Source: Ginglymostoma cirratum
Taxonomy: Eukaryota
Direction: 5' to 3'
Length of the DNA: 64,000 bases
Assembly (NCBI GenBank): GCA_024137785.1
Contig: JAHRHZ010000009.1
Span: forward strand, 12,885,421 to 12,949,420
The notes beneath the pieces were generated by a model. That model ran no database searches, was not told where the DNA came from, and saw only the letters and a program-made list of their open reading frames with translations. The position numbers and the translations under genes are program-made. Each line of letters opens with the position of its first letter. Positions within the stretch are counted from its first letter, which is position 1. This document shows positions 34,731 through 47,247 of the stretch, one piece after another.

Positions 34731-36279
34731 ATTCAATCGAGCATTGAGAGAATCACAGAATCAAGCAATCCAGCATCCAAACATTCAGCAACCCAGGGAC
34801 CGAAACATGCAGTAATCTCGGACCCAAAAACCAAATGAGCTGGGGTCAATAGCTAAACAAACTGGAACCTAAATGTCTGCTTTTATTCTCAGCAAAATCT
34901 GGTTACCAGAAACGCTTGCAAAAGGAACAATTGTACTCTTAATTGGCCTTTACTATATCAGATATTGTACATATATAAACGGCCTCAACAACATTGAGAG
35001 TCATAGAAATTACCATAGTAACCACATTGAATATATTGCCCCGAAACTGTCCGATGATCAATTTTTAAGGAAATGCAAATACTCGATTCAAGTGCAAATT
35101 CGTGTGTGTGAATGCAATTTCTTTTGCAAAAACACAAGCTCCTCATATCCAGTGCTCCATCTGTCAAAGTCGGTCACCGTCCTGCACATTTAAACTAATA
35201 GAACAGCTGCATTTGTGAATAACTCTCTTTTACCCATGGAGTCAGTAGCTAGGAATATTCGAAGAGTTGTGGAAGAGAAGTTACCATTTGTGGCCAACAG
35301 TCTGTGAAATGCCTTCAAACTGAACCTGAACCAGTGTAGACTTGTTATAATGCCTGACAAAGACAGAACAAAGCGCGGACCATTTCTGCGCAAAGTTTCA
35401 CGTCGACAAGTCCGGAGGTAAATGCGGATATGATTTTGTACTTTCACTTCATTATAAGGCTTCAATGAAGTAATGTGGATTTATAGACCGACGAGAAAGA
35501 AAAAGCAGCAGCAAAGACTCAATAGTTGCATGCGCATTATGCTTGATTTTCAATGTAATTGCAACTTTGAAGTGTGGGGTGCCGAAACCACCTTTTAAAA
35601 GAATTATGTACGACTTGTGCTAATGAATGCTTAGAAAAAAAAGAGTTGAAGAATTGTAATTGGAGTGTGGTTGGGAGCGGCGCTGATCTCAGCTCCGTAC
35701 CCTCGGCTGTGAACACACTATGGGGTTCCATCCATCAGTCAGCGAGTCTGACTCTGACAGTACTGTCACATTCTGCCACTCTGTGTCTCTGTACTCAGCG
35801 AATGTGACAAACAACTGTCAGATCAGCATCGAGAAACAGTCACAGGGAGCTCTACCTGCGCCGTTATCTGCGGTGTGTTGTACATAGTTATATCAGAACT
35901 AAACCTGAACAATTACAGATGTAGTTTAGATAACAATTGCTTGTTATTATCTGGGATTGACTGAGCCGGAACTCTGACGTTTTAGGGATTCATAAAGACA
36001 AAGACTGGCATTCTGATGAGTCGCAAGATTAATATCTTGTTTCTTAGAAAAAAAAGCAAATCTGCACTGTTAGATTTGTTGGACACCAGAGTTAGTTCAC
36101 TTGTGAATATTAGAATTCTATGTTGTTAAAATATTGGCGACGAAAGTGATTAACTTTCAGGTAGGTATCTGGTCCGAGTTACCCAGTGGCACATGAGTCG
36201 GATCAATTCTCAGAAATGGAATGTTTCCTCAACATCCTCCCAAATTTGGTTAGGACAGTTACTGTTTGTATATGTTGGA

Positions 36280-37630
36280 GTGATTAAAAAAGAAATTAGG
36301 AGAGCAAAGAGGAAACGTGAGAAAAAAACACTAACAGGTAGCATTAAGGAAAATCCAGACATGTTTTATAAGTGTATTAGGGGTGAGAGAATAAATGGCA
36401 AAGTGTAGAGACTTTTAGGGATGAAAGTAGGGATCTGTGGCGATCTTTAATGCTGTGTCCTTTGTTGTTGTGTACATTAATGATCTAGATAGGAATGTAG
36501 GAGGTATGATCAGTAAGTTTGCAGATGACATGAAAATTGTTGGTGTCGTAAAAAGTGAGGAGGAGGGCCCCAGACTACACGATGATACAGACAGATTGAT
36601 CAGATGGGCTGCACAGTGGAACATGGAATTTAATCCTGAAAAGTGTGGGATGATGTATTTTTGGAGGGCAAACAAAACAAGGAGTACATCTTGTGTATAG
36701 GATGGATAGGATCCTTGGAAAAGGTTTGGGGGTCCTTGGTGTGCATTGTGGTAGATTATTAAAGGCAGTAAGGACAGGTTAATAATATGGTAAAGAATGC
36801 ATAAGTGATATTTGCATTTATTAGGCAATACATTAAATACAAGACCAAGGAGGTTATGATGGAGCAGTGTATGATGTTAGTTAGGCCACAGCTGGAATCC
36901 TCTGTGCTGGATATGATCACAGTAGAGAGGATGCAATGGAGATTCACCAGGATATTTCCTGGGCTGGTGCAATTCAGCTAAGAAGAGAGACTACGTAGGC
37001 TGAGATTATTTTCTTTAGAGCAGGGAAAGCTGAAGGGGGATCTAACTGAGGTGTACAAAGTCTGAGGAGCATAGATAGGATAATTCTTCAGGATCCATGA
37101 TACTCAGATTAAAGAAGAGAAATTCTTGCAGAAGACTCAGCAATATTAAAAATGTATTAGTTATTTTTAATGGAAAGCTGTTAAAACAATACCCAAATAA
37201 ATATAACAATTTAATGTGGCTCACAATTTTTAGAAAGCGTATTTCTGAAATTTCCTATTATTCTATACAAGACACATTTAACAGGTTTCCACTGTATCTA
37301 CCAAAAAGCTTTGTCATAAACTGCACCTCTGTATAAGGAGAAATGGTTCCCTTTAGTAGCAGGGTAAACAACCACAATTTTAAGGTAGGAAACAGAAGGT
37401 TTCGATGAGATTTGAGGAAAATATTTTTCAGCAAAAAGGTTGTGGGTAATTGAAACTCACTGCCTAAAAGGATCACAGAGACAGGAACACTCAAGACATT
37501 TAAGAACTGTTTATATGAACACTGGAAGTGCCACAGTCTACTGGTAAAGTGTTGGAAAATGAGATTAGAATAGATGAAAGTTTGATGAATAGCATTGACA
37601 CAATGGGCTAAAGAGCCTCCTTCCATATTA
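36280..37630 (+). mobile_element. Decayed CR1 LINE ORF2 fragments
   Basis: ORF 36437-36700 reads YINDLDRNVGGMISKFADDMKIVG..W.MEFNPEKC; 3' tail ATGGGCTAAAGAGCCTCCTTC. Confidence 0.85.
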
Positions 37631-37984
37631 TAAAAACTCTATCACTTCACATAAGGTGATGTTATGCTGAGGATGAGTCAGCATTGGGACAATTCTTGTT
37701 TATAATTTACCAAGAACTGGGTATCAAAAACAAAATGTAAACTTGGCCGATTCACAAAATGAACAATAGAAAGTGAGTAAGATTCCCAGGAATAAAGTAC
37801 AAAAAATGGCAAAAAGAGACAGGATGGGATTTTAAATATTTCTGGATACAGGGTTTTTAGGAAAAATGTAGTCAGAAAGAAAGGAGAAGGGATGACTGTA
37901 TCTTAAGGAGAATAGTAAAGGGTGAGTGAGAGAGGGTGTCCTGGGGAGTCATTGATTAAAGTTGACTTGATTAAAGTTAATCCT

Positions 37985-39835
37985 GTCTCCTTGTAGGCAG
38001 CCCTCAGGATTGAGAATAAATTGCTTCCACTTCAGTTAGGTGGGTACTGAGATGGCTGATAAACCCAGAGTACAATCTTCAGATTCCATTACATGTAGGG
38101 CTAATAGTATTTGGTGGATAAGGTACATGAGCTGTTAAGATCTTTGCATGCTGTCTCCAAACCTTCGACTTCACCTGTGCTCCTGGTGAATTCACTCAAT
38201 GTGATTAGTATTTATCGAAATGATCCTTCTCCATTTTAGTTAGTCAGAAGTCAGGAAATCTCATTAGTGGCATGGATGTTTGACTTATTCAGGGATGTTT
38301 TGGAGATATCCAAAAGCATTTAGACCATCTGTCAGGGTCTCTTATCATGTCTGAGTCCCAAGTTGTGCAGTTGCTTTACGACTTAAGTGTTGGGCTCTTG
38401 AATGACATGTGAAGATTTTTTTAAGTCATGATTTTGATAGCATTTTGATTCTGGGCAGAATACTTAAGACCATAAGACCATAAGACATAGGAGTGGAAGA
38501 AAGGCCATTCGGCCCATCGAGTCCACTCCGCTATTTAATCATGGCTGATGGGCATTTCAACTCCACTTACCCGCACTCTCCCCATAGCCCTTGATTCCGT
38601 GCGAGATCAAGAATTTATCAATCTCTGCCTTGAAGACATTTAACATCCCGGCCTCCACTGCACTCCATGGCAATGAATTCCACAGGTCCACCACTCTCTG
38701 GCTGAAGAAATGTCTCCTCATTTCCGTTCTAAATTGACCCCCTCTAATTCTAAGGCTGTGCCCACGCGTCCTAGTATCCCCACCTAACGGAAACAACTTC
38801 CCAGCGTCCACCCTTTCTAAGCCATGCACTATCTTGTAAGTTTGTATTTGATCTCCCCTCAACCTTCTAAAATCTAATGAATACAATCCCAGGATCCTCA
38901 GCCGTTCATCGTATGTTAGGCCTACCATTCCAGGGATCATCGTGTGAATCTCCGCTGGACACGCTCCAGTGCCAGTATGTCCTTCCTGAGGTTTGGGGCC
39001 CAAAATTGGACACAGTATTCTAAATGGGGCCTAACTAGAGCATTATAAAGTCTCAGAAGCACATCACTGCTTTTATATTCCAACCTTCTTGAGATAAATG
39101 ACAACATTACATTCGTTTTCTTAATCACGGACTCAAACTGCAAGTTAACCTTTAGAGAATCCTGGACCAACACTCCCAGATCCCTTTGTACTTCGGCTTT
39201 ATGAATTTTCTCACCGTTCAGAAAGTAGTCCATGCCTGTATTCTTTTTTCCAAAGTGCAAGACCTCGCATTTGCTCACATTGAATTTCATCAGCTATTTC
39301 CTGAACCACTCTCCTAAACTGTCTAAATCATTCTGCAGCCTCCCCACCTCCTCCATACTACCTGCCTGTCCACCCAACTTCGTATCACCAGCAAACTTTG
39401 CCAGAATGCCCCCAGTCCCTTCATGCAGATCATTAATATATAAAATGAACAGCTGCAGCCCCAACACTGAACCCTGCGGGACACCAATTGTCACTGGTTG
39501 CCATTCTGAAAAAGAGCCTTTTATCCCAACTCTCTGCCTTCTGTCAGACAGCCACTCCTCAATCCATGCCAGTAACTCACCTCGAACACCATGGGCCCTC
39601 ACCTTACTCAGCAGCCTCCCGTGAGGCACCTGATCAAGGGCCTTTTGGAAGTCTAGATAGATAACATCCACTGGGTTTCCCTGGTCTAACCTACTTGTTA
39701 CCTCTTCAAAGAGAAGAAGATTTTTTTGTGAGAGAAGATTGCTGTTGGACTGCCTTTCTATCCGCCAGGTTTGAAGGATCTGCAAAGGCATTACCAGTGG
39801 TATTTCCTCTGTGTTTTTAGATGACTGTAAACTTC
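37985..39835 (-). mobile_element. Old RTE-clade LINE 3' fragment (37985-38460 and 39711-39835) split by a young CR1
   Basis: The minus strand translates in pieces like the RTE C-terminal region (..CL.ILQ..W..R.SN..L / ..HV....T...KQL...LRH..R..G..K.F.D..K.SL.K.NI...W..II). Confidence 0.55.
38465..39710 (-). mobile_element. Young 5'-truncated CR1 LINE (RT domain through the 3' tail), inactivated
   Basis: ORFs 39294-39866, 38937-39290 and 38557-39003 give VDVIYLDFQKA..VPHGRLL..GVPQGSVLG..YINDL..KFAGDTKLGG..LVRPHLEYCVQFW..TRGHSL..FFSQRVV.LWNSLP, broken by one stop and one frameshift. Tandem tail (TAAGACCA)n at 38465-38486. Confidence 0.95.
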
Positions 39836-39844
39836 TGAACAAAG

Positions 39845-40552
39845 AGACTTTGGAGTGCAGGTTCATAGTTCCTTGAAACTGGAGTCACACGTTGATAGGG
39901 TAGTGAAGAAGGCATTTGGTATGCTTGCCCTTATTAGTCCGAATATTGAGTATAGGAGTTGGGAGGTCATGTTGTGGCTGTAAGGGAGATTGGTTCGTTC
40001 ACTTTAGGAGTATTGCGTGCAATTCTGGTTTCCCTCCTATTGGAAGGATATTGTGAAATTAGAAAGAGTGCAGAAAAGATTTATGAGGATGTTGCCAGGG
40101 TTGGAGGGTTTGAGCTATGGTGAGAGGCTGAATAGGCTGGGGCTATTTTCCCTGGAGCACCGGAGTCTTTGGGGTGACCTTATAGAGGTTTATAAAATCA
40201 TGAGGGGCGTGGATAGTGTAAATAGGCAAAGTCTTTTCCCTAGCGTGGGGGAGTCCAAAACTAGAGGGCATAGGTTTAAGATGAGAGGGAAAAGATATGA
40301 AAGGGACCTAAGGTTCAACTTTTTCATGCAGAGGGTGGTGCATGTATGGAATGAACTGCCAGAGGAAGTGGTGGAGGTTGGTACAATTACAATATTTAAA
40401 AGGCATCTGGATGGATATATGAACAGGAAGGATTTAGAGGGATATAGGCCAAATGCTGGCAAGTGAGATTAGATTTATATAGGATGTCTGGTCGGCATGG
40501 ACGAGTTGGGCCAAAGGGTCTGTTTCTGTGTTGTATATCTCTATGACTCTAT
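39845..40552 (+). mobile_element. 5'-truncated CR1 LINE 3' end
   Basis: ORF 40017-40466 (QFW.P..KDIVKLERVQKRF.RMLPGL..TRGHRFK..FFMQRVV.VWNELP) and tail CTCTATGACTCTAT. Confidence 0.93.
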
Positions 40553-40714
40553 AACCGTTCATGTCATGAAACCTTATAGGAACACAGAAATCATTGCAAG
40601 TAGTAAACAATAATTATATCATCAATTTTGAGATGCTGGTCCTCAAGCATTCTTTTCTTCAGTCAGTGAGTTATCAGGACTTGATAGTATATATTCAAAT
40701 ATATTGAGAGAATA

Positions 40715-41545
40715 GGGTGTATTTAGATAAAGGGGTGATGCCAGAAGACAGACAAACTGAAAACATTATAGGCTTGACTATAAAAGGGTCTAGGGATAAA
40801 CCTAGCTTCTACAGGCTAGTCAGTTTATCGCCCATGAAGGAAAAGCTTTTTGAAATGACAAGGAAAACCAATACAGATTTGTTAAAGGCACATCATGTTT
40901 TTCTAACTTGGTTCAGATTTTTGTTGAGGTAACAGAGAAGATTTGATGAGGGTGATGCAGTTGATGGAATGGATATGGACATCCAAAAGGCATTTAAAAA
41001 GTGACACATAACAGACTTGCCAGCAAAGTCAAACCCATGGAGTAAAAGGGACAGTGGTAACATGAATTCAAAGCTGGTTGAGTGGCAGGATACAGAACTT
41101 AGTGATGACAGAAGGATGACACATTTATGATAGTGTAACCAGCATTTGGTACTAGGGCAACAGCTATTCTTGAGGCATAGAGTAATAACTTAGACCTGGA
41201 TGTTCACAGCAGAACTTCTAAATTGAAGATGACACAAAGTATGAAAGCATTGTGAACTATGAGGAAGACAGTGACACATATTAAGATGACACAGATAGGC
41301 TGGTAGAATAGGCTAATATACGGAAGATGAACTTTAATGCAGAGAAGTGTGAAGTGATGCATTTTGGAAGGATGAGTGAGGTGAAGAATTTGAAAAAAAC
41401 AAAAGATACAATTCCAAAGTGGGTTCAGGAACAGAGAGTTCTGGGGATATCTGTGGAAAAATTGTTACAAGCAGCAGGGCTTTTATGCCTTTGTAAATAA
41501 AGTTACAAGAAGCTATGATGAACATTTACAAAACACTGGCCGGGG
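40715..41545 (+). mobile_element. Decayed CR1 RT fragment
   Basis: YRLVSL motif, ATGGACATCCAAAAGGCATTT (DFQKAF-like) and GATGACACAAAG. Confidence 0.75.
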
Positions 41546-41859
41546 CTGGGAATTATTTATCAGCCGACCAAGATCAATATCTGAATAATATGGTGCAGCA
41601 ATGATTAAATTTAGAATGTTGAGGTACGTGTGTCCAACAAGATTGTAGAAGGTTCAAAAACATTCTATGGCCACACTGGCTTCAAACAGAAACACACCAA
41701 CCAGCTTCACTAACTCTCAAAAAAACAATCTTTCTTCACAGTCTCCATCTTTGCTGTGTGTTAACTGCAACTATTTACCAAGTTTGGAGTGTGGGACCAT
41801 TTATTCAGGGAAACATATCAATTTAAAGGCAGAGTGTCAAGAGCATTACATCCAAGCTT

Positions 41860-43095
41860 TGCTGACTGAATTATTGATGTGCTCTGTGTACTTATGAGAA
41901 TGCTTCATTTATCAATCCAGCATCCAAGTCTGTCTGAAGCTGCAATTATTTTTTCACTTATTCCCAGTGAAATGAAAAGTGAGAATCCTGTACAAGGCAC
42001 TGTTGTCAGGAAAAATAACTTCCAATGTCACCTACCAGTTAAGTGAGGGAAAGAGCAGGGCCAAAGAAACTCCCCAAGGCAGTCCTGCATAAGTGTTGTG
42101 ACAGGGAGGTGAAAGGGCATTTACCCTTCTGTCACAACACATATATATATAGGACTGCGTCAGGGAGTTTTCCTGAATGCGCTCGGACGTGATCAACATC
42201 TCAACAGGGCCAGTTTTTCAAGAAAATGACTTTCCCTTTATCACAATGTTAGGAGTGGTTACATTCACTGATGTTTGCACAGTGTTCAATGCAATTTGAA
42301 ATTTCCCAGAAAATGAATGAGTCCATTCCAATATGCAGCAACACCTCGCTAATGTGTTGGCTTGAGGTTTTATGTGGTACCATATTCACATCATATCGGT
42401 GCCAGATAATACCAATCTCCTAGAAGACAGAGGCTAAAACCTTCCCTTGACTTTCAACAGCATTACCATCATTGAACCCCCAACCATCAACATCTTGGGA
42501 GCTTACTATTAATCAGACACTTAAGTGGCCCAGTCACTTACATAGGGTGCCTACAAAAGCAGGTCAGAAACTAAATGTTCTGCAGTAGTGGCTTACCCTT
42601 TCCCTATCTCCAAGGCTAATTTGGGTTTGCAGTGGAATACGCTATTGTTGCCTGAAGGAGAGCAACTCCAACAACAATCAAGAAGGTTGGCACCATCAGG
42701 GATAAAGCAACCCACTTGATTGGCATTTCATCCTAAACACTAACTGCCCCAAGGTCCATGCAATTTATCTTCAGCGTGCAATACATACAAGACAAACTAC
42801 TTGCCAAAGCTTCTTTGACAGCACTGTCTCAACCACCTAGAAGGTTAAAGCCCAGAGGAGGTCGTGGGGAGCACCACCTGCATATTTCTGCCATGTCACA
42901 CATCATCCTGATTTGGAGATATGCTGTCCCTATCATCACTGGGTCAAAATCCTGGAAATTCCTCCCTAACAACATTGCGGTATACCTGCATCAACTATAG
43001 CATTTCAAGAAGGAGGTTCACATCTCCCTCTCAAGTATAATTAGGTTTAACAACTAATGCTGGCCTTGTCATCAAAGTCCTCATTCTGTGAACAG
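41860..43095. mobile_element. Old CR1/L2-group LINE RT-to-3' fragment (plus, about 42125-43095) joined to an inverted RT segment (minus, about 41860-42110)
   Basis: AATGACTTTCCC..TTCACTGATG.TTGCACAGTGTTC (INDLP..FADDCT-like). The 3' tail is shared with the SINE at 7630-7922. Homologous to 61860-63050 (minus). Confidence 0.6.
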
Positions 43096-43605
43096 ATATG
43101 TTAAGATAAAGGTCCCAGACTGGATTCAATATCAGATGAAATATAAAGTAAGACTGATTCATCAGTGTTCTAGACATTCTGAGAATCAGAATATTCTGGG
43201 ACCATCACTTTGAGTAAATTTAGGTTGGAATTTAGATGTTGGTTAGTTTAAATAAGAATAAGTTGAAGCTTCATACTCACTGTGATTTCTGCGAGCAATA
43301 TTCGCATTGGCTGAAGGCAGACATTGAGTTCAGGTGGAACTTATAATTACAAGTCGTTTTGCTGCTTCCGCTCAGATGGCAGAAATCAAAGTTTTATCCA
43401 TAGTGGTAATTGACCTGATAAGAGAACCTGCATGGGCTGTTTAGATCATTTCAGAACCTGTTAAAGCTTTAGAGAGTGACTTGAACCCGGGAATAAGGGC
43501 TGTGATGGTGGTAATTCTGGATCACTGGCTGATTTCCCACTTTTCCTATATCAGTGCTGCCTGAGGCTGCCAGAGGAAATGTGACAATGGGAAAAAAGAA
43601 AGTAG

Positions 43606-43920
43606 TCATTTTTTAAATTCATTCACAGGATAAGGGTGTTGCTGGCTAGGTCAATATTTATTGCCCAGAGGGCACTTAAGAGTCAATGACATTGTTGTGG
43701 GTCTGGAGTCACATGTAGGCCAGACCAGGTAAGGATGGAAGTTTCCTTCTCTAAAGGACACTAGTGAACCAAATGGGGTTTTCCAACAATCAACAATGGT
43801 TTCATGGTCATCATTATACTCTCAATATCAGTTGCATACTGAATTCAAATTCCGTCAGCTGCCATGGCAGGATTCGAAACTGAGTCCCCAAGAAATTACC
43901 TGGGTCTCTGGATTACCAGA
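43606..43920 (-). mobile_element. tRNA-derived SINE (family of 7630-7922)
   Basis: Reverse-complement homology including TTTATTGCCC, TAAGAGTCAA, GTCTGGAGTCACATGTAGGCCAGAC, TGAATTCAAATTCC and GGATTCGAA. Confidence 0.8.
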
Positions 43921-44756
43921 TTCTCTGGATTCATGCCATGAGGCCATTGCTTCCCCAAAGTTGCCATGTGAAAGGAAAAATAGGCTACTGCCCATTCACT
44001 CTCAGCCCCTTCCCACAACTCAGCCCTTTCTGTCCCCTCTCAGCCCATCTCCACTTCATCTTTCCCCTCATTCAGTTCTGTCTCCTATCAGCCCCTCCAC
44101 AGTTCTGCCCCTTTGCTCTGCACATGACCCCTCCTTCTCTTATTATCATCATTCCCACTCGGCCCATTTTTATCCCCTTCATCCCTTCCCTCTCCTTCAG
44201 CTCAGCCTAATTCTACACACAAAAGTCTGTTAGATTGACCTCACTTAACAGTTCTTTTTTTTTAAAAATGAGTGCTTGGCTAAAGCAGTTTTATTTGATG
44301 CTGCATTGATTTTGCTCCAAGGTTATCTCTCCTCATGTCCCACTGGAACTGCACAATAGTCATGCTGCTTGGGTTAAGGTCAGTAAATGAGTGACTGAAT
44401 GTTGCTTTAGGGCAATGGGCAGATCAAGGATATGTAGGACCAAGCCATTAATATCTGTATACAATTTCTGTTGGATATTCTATACAAGTAAATGATCAAC
44501 AGATTCTTATCTCATCTTTCATTATTGACGGCTTCGTCCCAGGAGATTCTGCGTGTACTTCTCATAACTGAAAACAATCTCATCATGAATGCCAACACAA
44601 AAGTCACCCTCTTCTCAATGTGCATGATTCCCTTATTTGTACAGTGTAAAGCCTTGGAAATGCAGGTAGGAATATACTGTTAAATACACTGTTGACTGGC
44701 ATATCCATTAATTATCATCAGGCCCAATTTCCAAACTAAGTGCAAGGGTGAAGAAG

Positions 44757-44847
44757 GAAAAGCTCAGCAAAGCTCAGCAGGTCTGGCAGCATCTGTGAAG
44801 AAAAAAATCAGAATTAATGTTTCAGGTCTGGCAATCCTTCCTCAGAA
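44757..44847 (-). mobile_element. Short Penelope-like element, family C, with a degenerate stem II
   Basis: AAAGCTCAGCAGGTCTGGCAGCATCTGTGAA is identical to 59995-60025. It ends CTTCCTCAGAA, which is TTCTGAGGAAG on the minus strand. Confidence 0.8.
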
Positions 44848-45334
44848 GGTGGTTTAGCATTTCCAGAGCCTTCCTGGGACAGCACAGTACACACAATGTC
44901 TGAGGTAATTGCAGCTTGGCTGGACTATTTACATGGTGTGAAGGAACAGTGTGATCTTCAGTTTCATTTTCCTTTGGAAACACTTGTCAAGCAATCCATG
45001 TCTGGAACACTAAAATCGACTGCCTGAGGTTCCATGGAGTTCTGGAGAAGGACCTGTCACAAATCTTACATTTAAGTTATCCACCTCACACACTAAAAGT
45101 TAAACATATTTGATATCTTCTGATCAATGGTGCCATCACTAGCTCTAAGTGTGGCTGGTCAGAGCTTCCCCTTAATTCTACAACTTTTTCAGTACACTTT
45201 CTGATGGAAAAGAGGCCCTGTGCCCTTGGTCTTTTAAATCCAGGTGATCTGGGCTATGCAGATGCAGTGTACCTTTGATGTGCATGGGAAAGTGAAAGAG
45301 GAAAAGCTACCACACCCAGAAGGTATCTGTTCTG

Positions 45335-45830
45335 TGGGTAGCACATATGATATAGAATGAGTAGGTTTTCAGTTCAAATGCTATGAGAAAGACTTGGTCA
45401 ATGCATTCCAACTTGATACTTCCAAACAGCTCTGCATGTTTGGAGTGTTAGTACTAAGTAAGTGCTGCACTGACACAGATACCATCTTTTGGATGAACTA
45501 TTAAAACCATGCCCAAAAAGCCCTCTCAGATGAAGTAAAAGTTTCCAATATACAATTTGAAGAAAGGCAGGGCTGTCCTACTTGGTGTTTCAACCAATAT
45601 TTATCCCTCAAACAACACCACTAACAATTATCTGGTTATTGCTGTCGTAGGAGCTTAACATGATTCTTTCACTATAATCAATGTAAGTGCTTAATTGATT
45701 ATAAAGTGCCTTGAGATACATAGAAACATAGAAGATAGGAGCAGGAGGAGGCCATTCGGCCCTTCAAGCCTGTTCCGCCACCTGATGCCCTGAGATCACG
45801 GAAAACATCATATAAATGTATGTCTCTGAT
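45335..45830 (+). mobile_element. Deu-domain-type SINE with a short CR1 3'-tail fragment inserted (45719-45785, minus)
   Basis: GTACTAAG..AGTGCTGCACTG..CCCTCTCAGATG..CCAATATTTATCCCTCAA; the insert reads CATAGAAACATAGAAGATAGGAGCAGGAGGAGGCCATTCGGCCC. Confidence 0.7.
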
Positions 45831-47130
45831 TTATTTCAATGCATTAATCTAGTATGAGCTTTAGATTGCTTCAATAATCAACGCCTTGTACCCCATTCTA
45901 CTGATGTTTCATTGTAACAGCTCTTTCTTTGGATTCAACAGCATACCTCTCCAGAGGCATGGTGCTGTGTTCTTCAGATGTCCACCCTTACAGAGTTTTA
46001 TGACCCAAGGGTTTCTATTTACAGTAATTTTCTTAATGGATTAAACATAGGTTCATGATACAATGCCATAGACACTTCAGATTGGCTGATATTCAATACT
46101 GATTACAGTTTTAACAGAACAAAACAACCAATGTATTAAATGTAATTAAACAAAGATATGAATCACCAACATTTATTCTCAAGTATGGAATACAACATGA
46201 ATTTCCAAATGAATAAAACAGCAGAAATTAAAAATAAAACTACTCAATTAATCCAGATTACAGTTTTAGCATAAAACTGGATCACGCTGTGTAATTAGTG
46301 AGTGTGTTTGATCCTACAATGTTTTATAATGACACATGGTGTTATAACATTACCCACCATGTGCAGTTCCATTAACTCACAGAAATCTGGCTATTCCTCA
46401 TTCATCCACCTCTGAACCCAACCTGTTGCATATAAATTATGCCAGGAATGGGGCCAATTATACTACCCCAAATCCTTGCCTTCCACCAATGCCGGTAATT
46501 CTGTAAGAAGCACCAATCAGACTTGTGGTGAGAATGCCTGGAATAGTGTTGGAAGAATGCCCATGTCATGTTTAGAGGAATGAGACCTTGTTATTGCTAA
46601 CCACACCTAGCTGAACAAACCATATCGCATGCTTTTTTGGGAATGGGTGCATTCATGATTTTGCATAGGGGACTTCCAGATAGCCTTAGCAGATTTTCTG
46701 ATGAGCAAAGTATTTTTATTCTCATTCCAAACTTCGGGCACCATAATGGTCCTTCTTGCTACTGGTTCTCAAACAGACTATATTGCTCTCCTATCAAGGG
46801 AGGGGATACAGGGAGTGAAACCCTTGGCATCAATCAGGGTAAAGGATTTTTGGTCATTGGAGAGGTACTGAATCACAGGGCTACAAAAGTACAAACCATG
46901 AAGTTCTTTCCCCTACTTACCTTTATTTCATGCCTCAAATCCTAAATCTGTGCTCCTTTGCTCTTGTACAATGAGAAAATGGGAACATCTTTTCTTGATC
47001 TACCTTATCTAAGACTGTAATAATCTTGTACACCTTTAGAACCTTGAACCAAGCAGGAGGACCCCAAATTTTCTAACATAATCTTGTGGCTATATTCACC
47101 CAATCCTGGAATGATTCTGGTAAGTTTCTG

Positions 47131-47247
47131 CCTTCTCAACCTCCCTCCTTGTCTGAGAAGTGGTGACCCTCAGGTTAAACAACCATTAATTGTTTTTTTC
47201 TAATGAGCGAGCAGCCCCATGGTCTTCTGGGACTTTGGTGACTTTAC
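47131..47247 (+). mobile_element. SINE 3' half (family of 7998-8200), within minus-strand CR1 remnants
   Basis: CCTTCTCAACCTC..GTGACCCTCAGGTTAAAC..CTAATGAG.GAGCAG. Confidence 0.7.

Noticed and set aside
38557-40466. RT ORFs as host genes or an active retroelement
   Set aside because: These are 5'-truncated CR1 copies. The minus copy has a stop at 39294-96, a frameshift and the catalytic FADD changed to FAGD; the plus copy holds only the C-terminal end.
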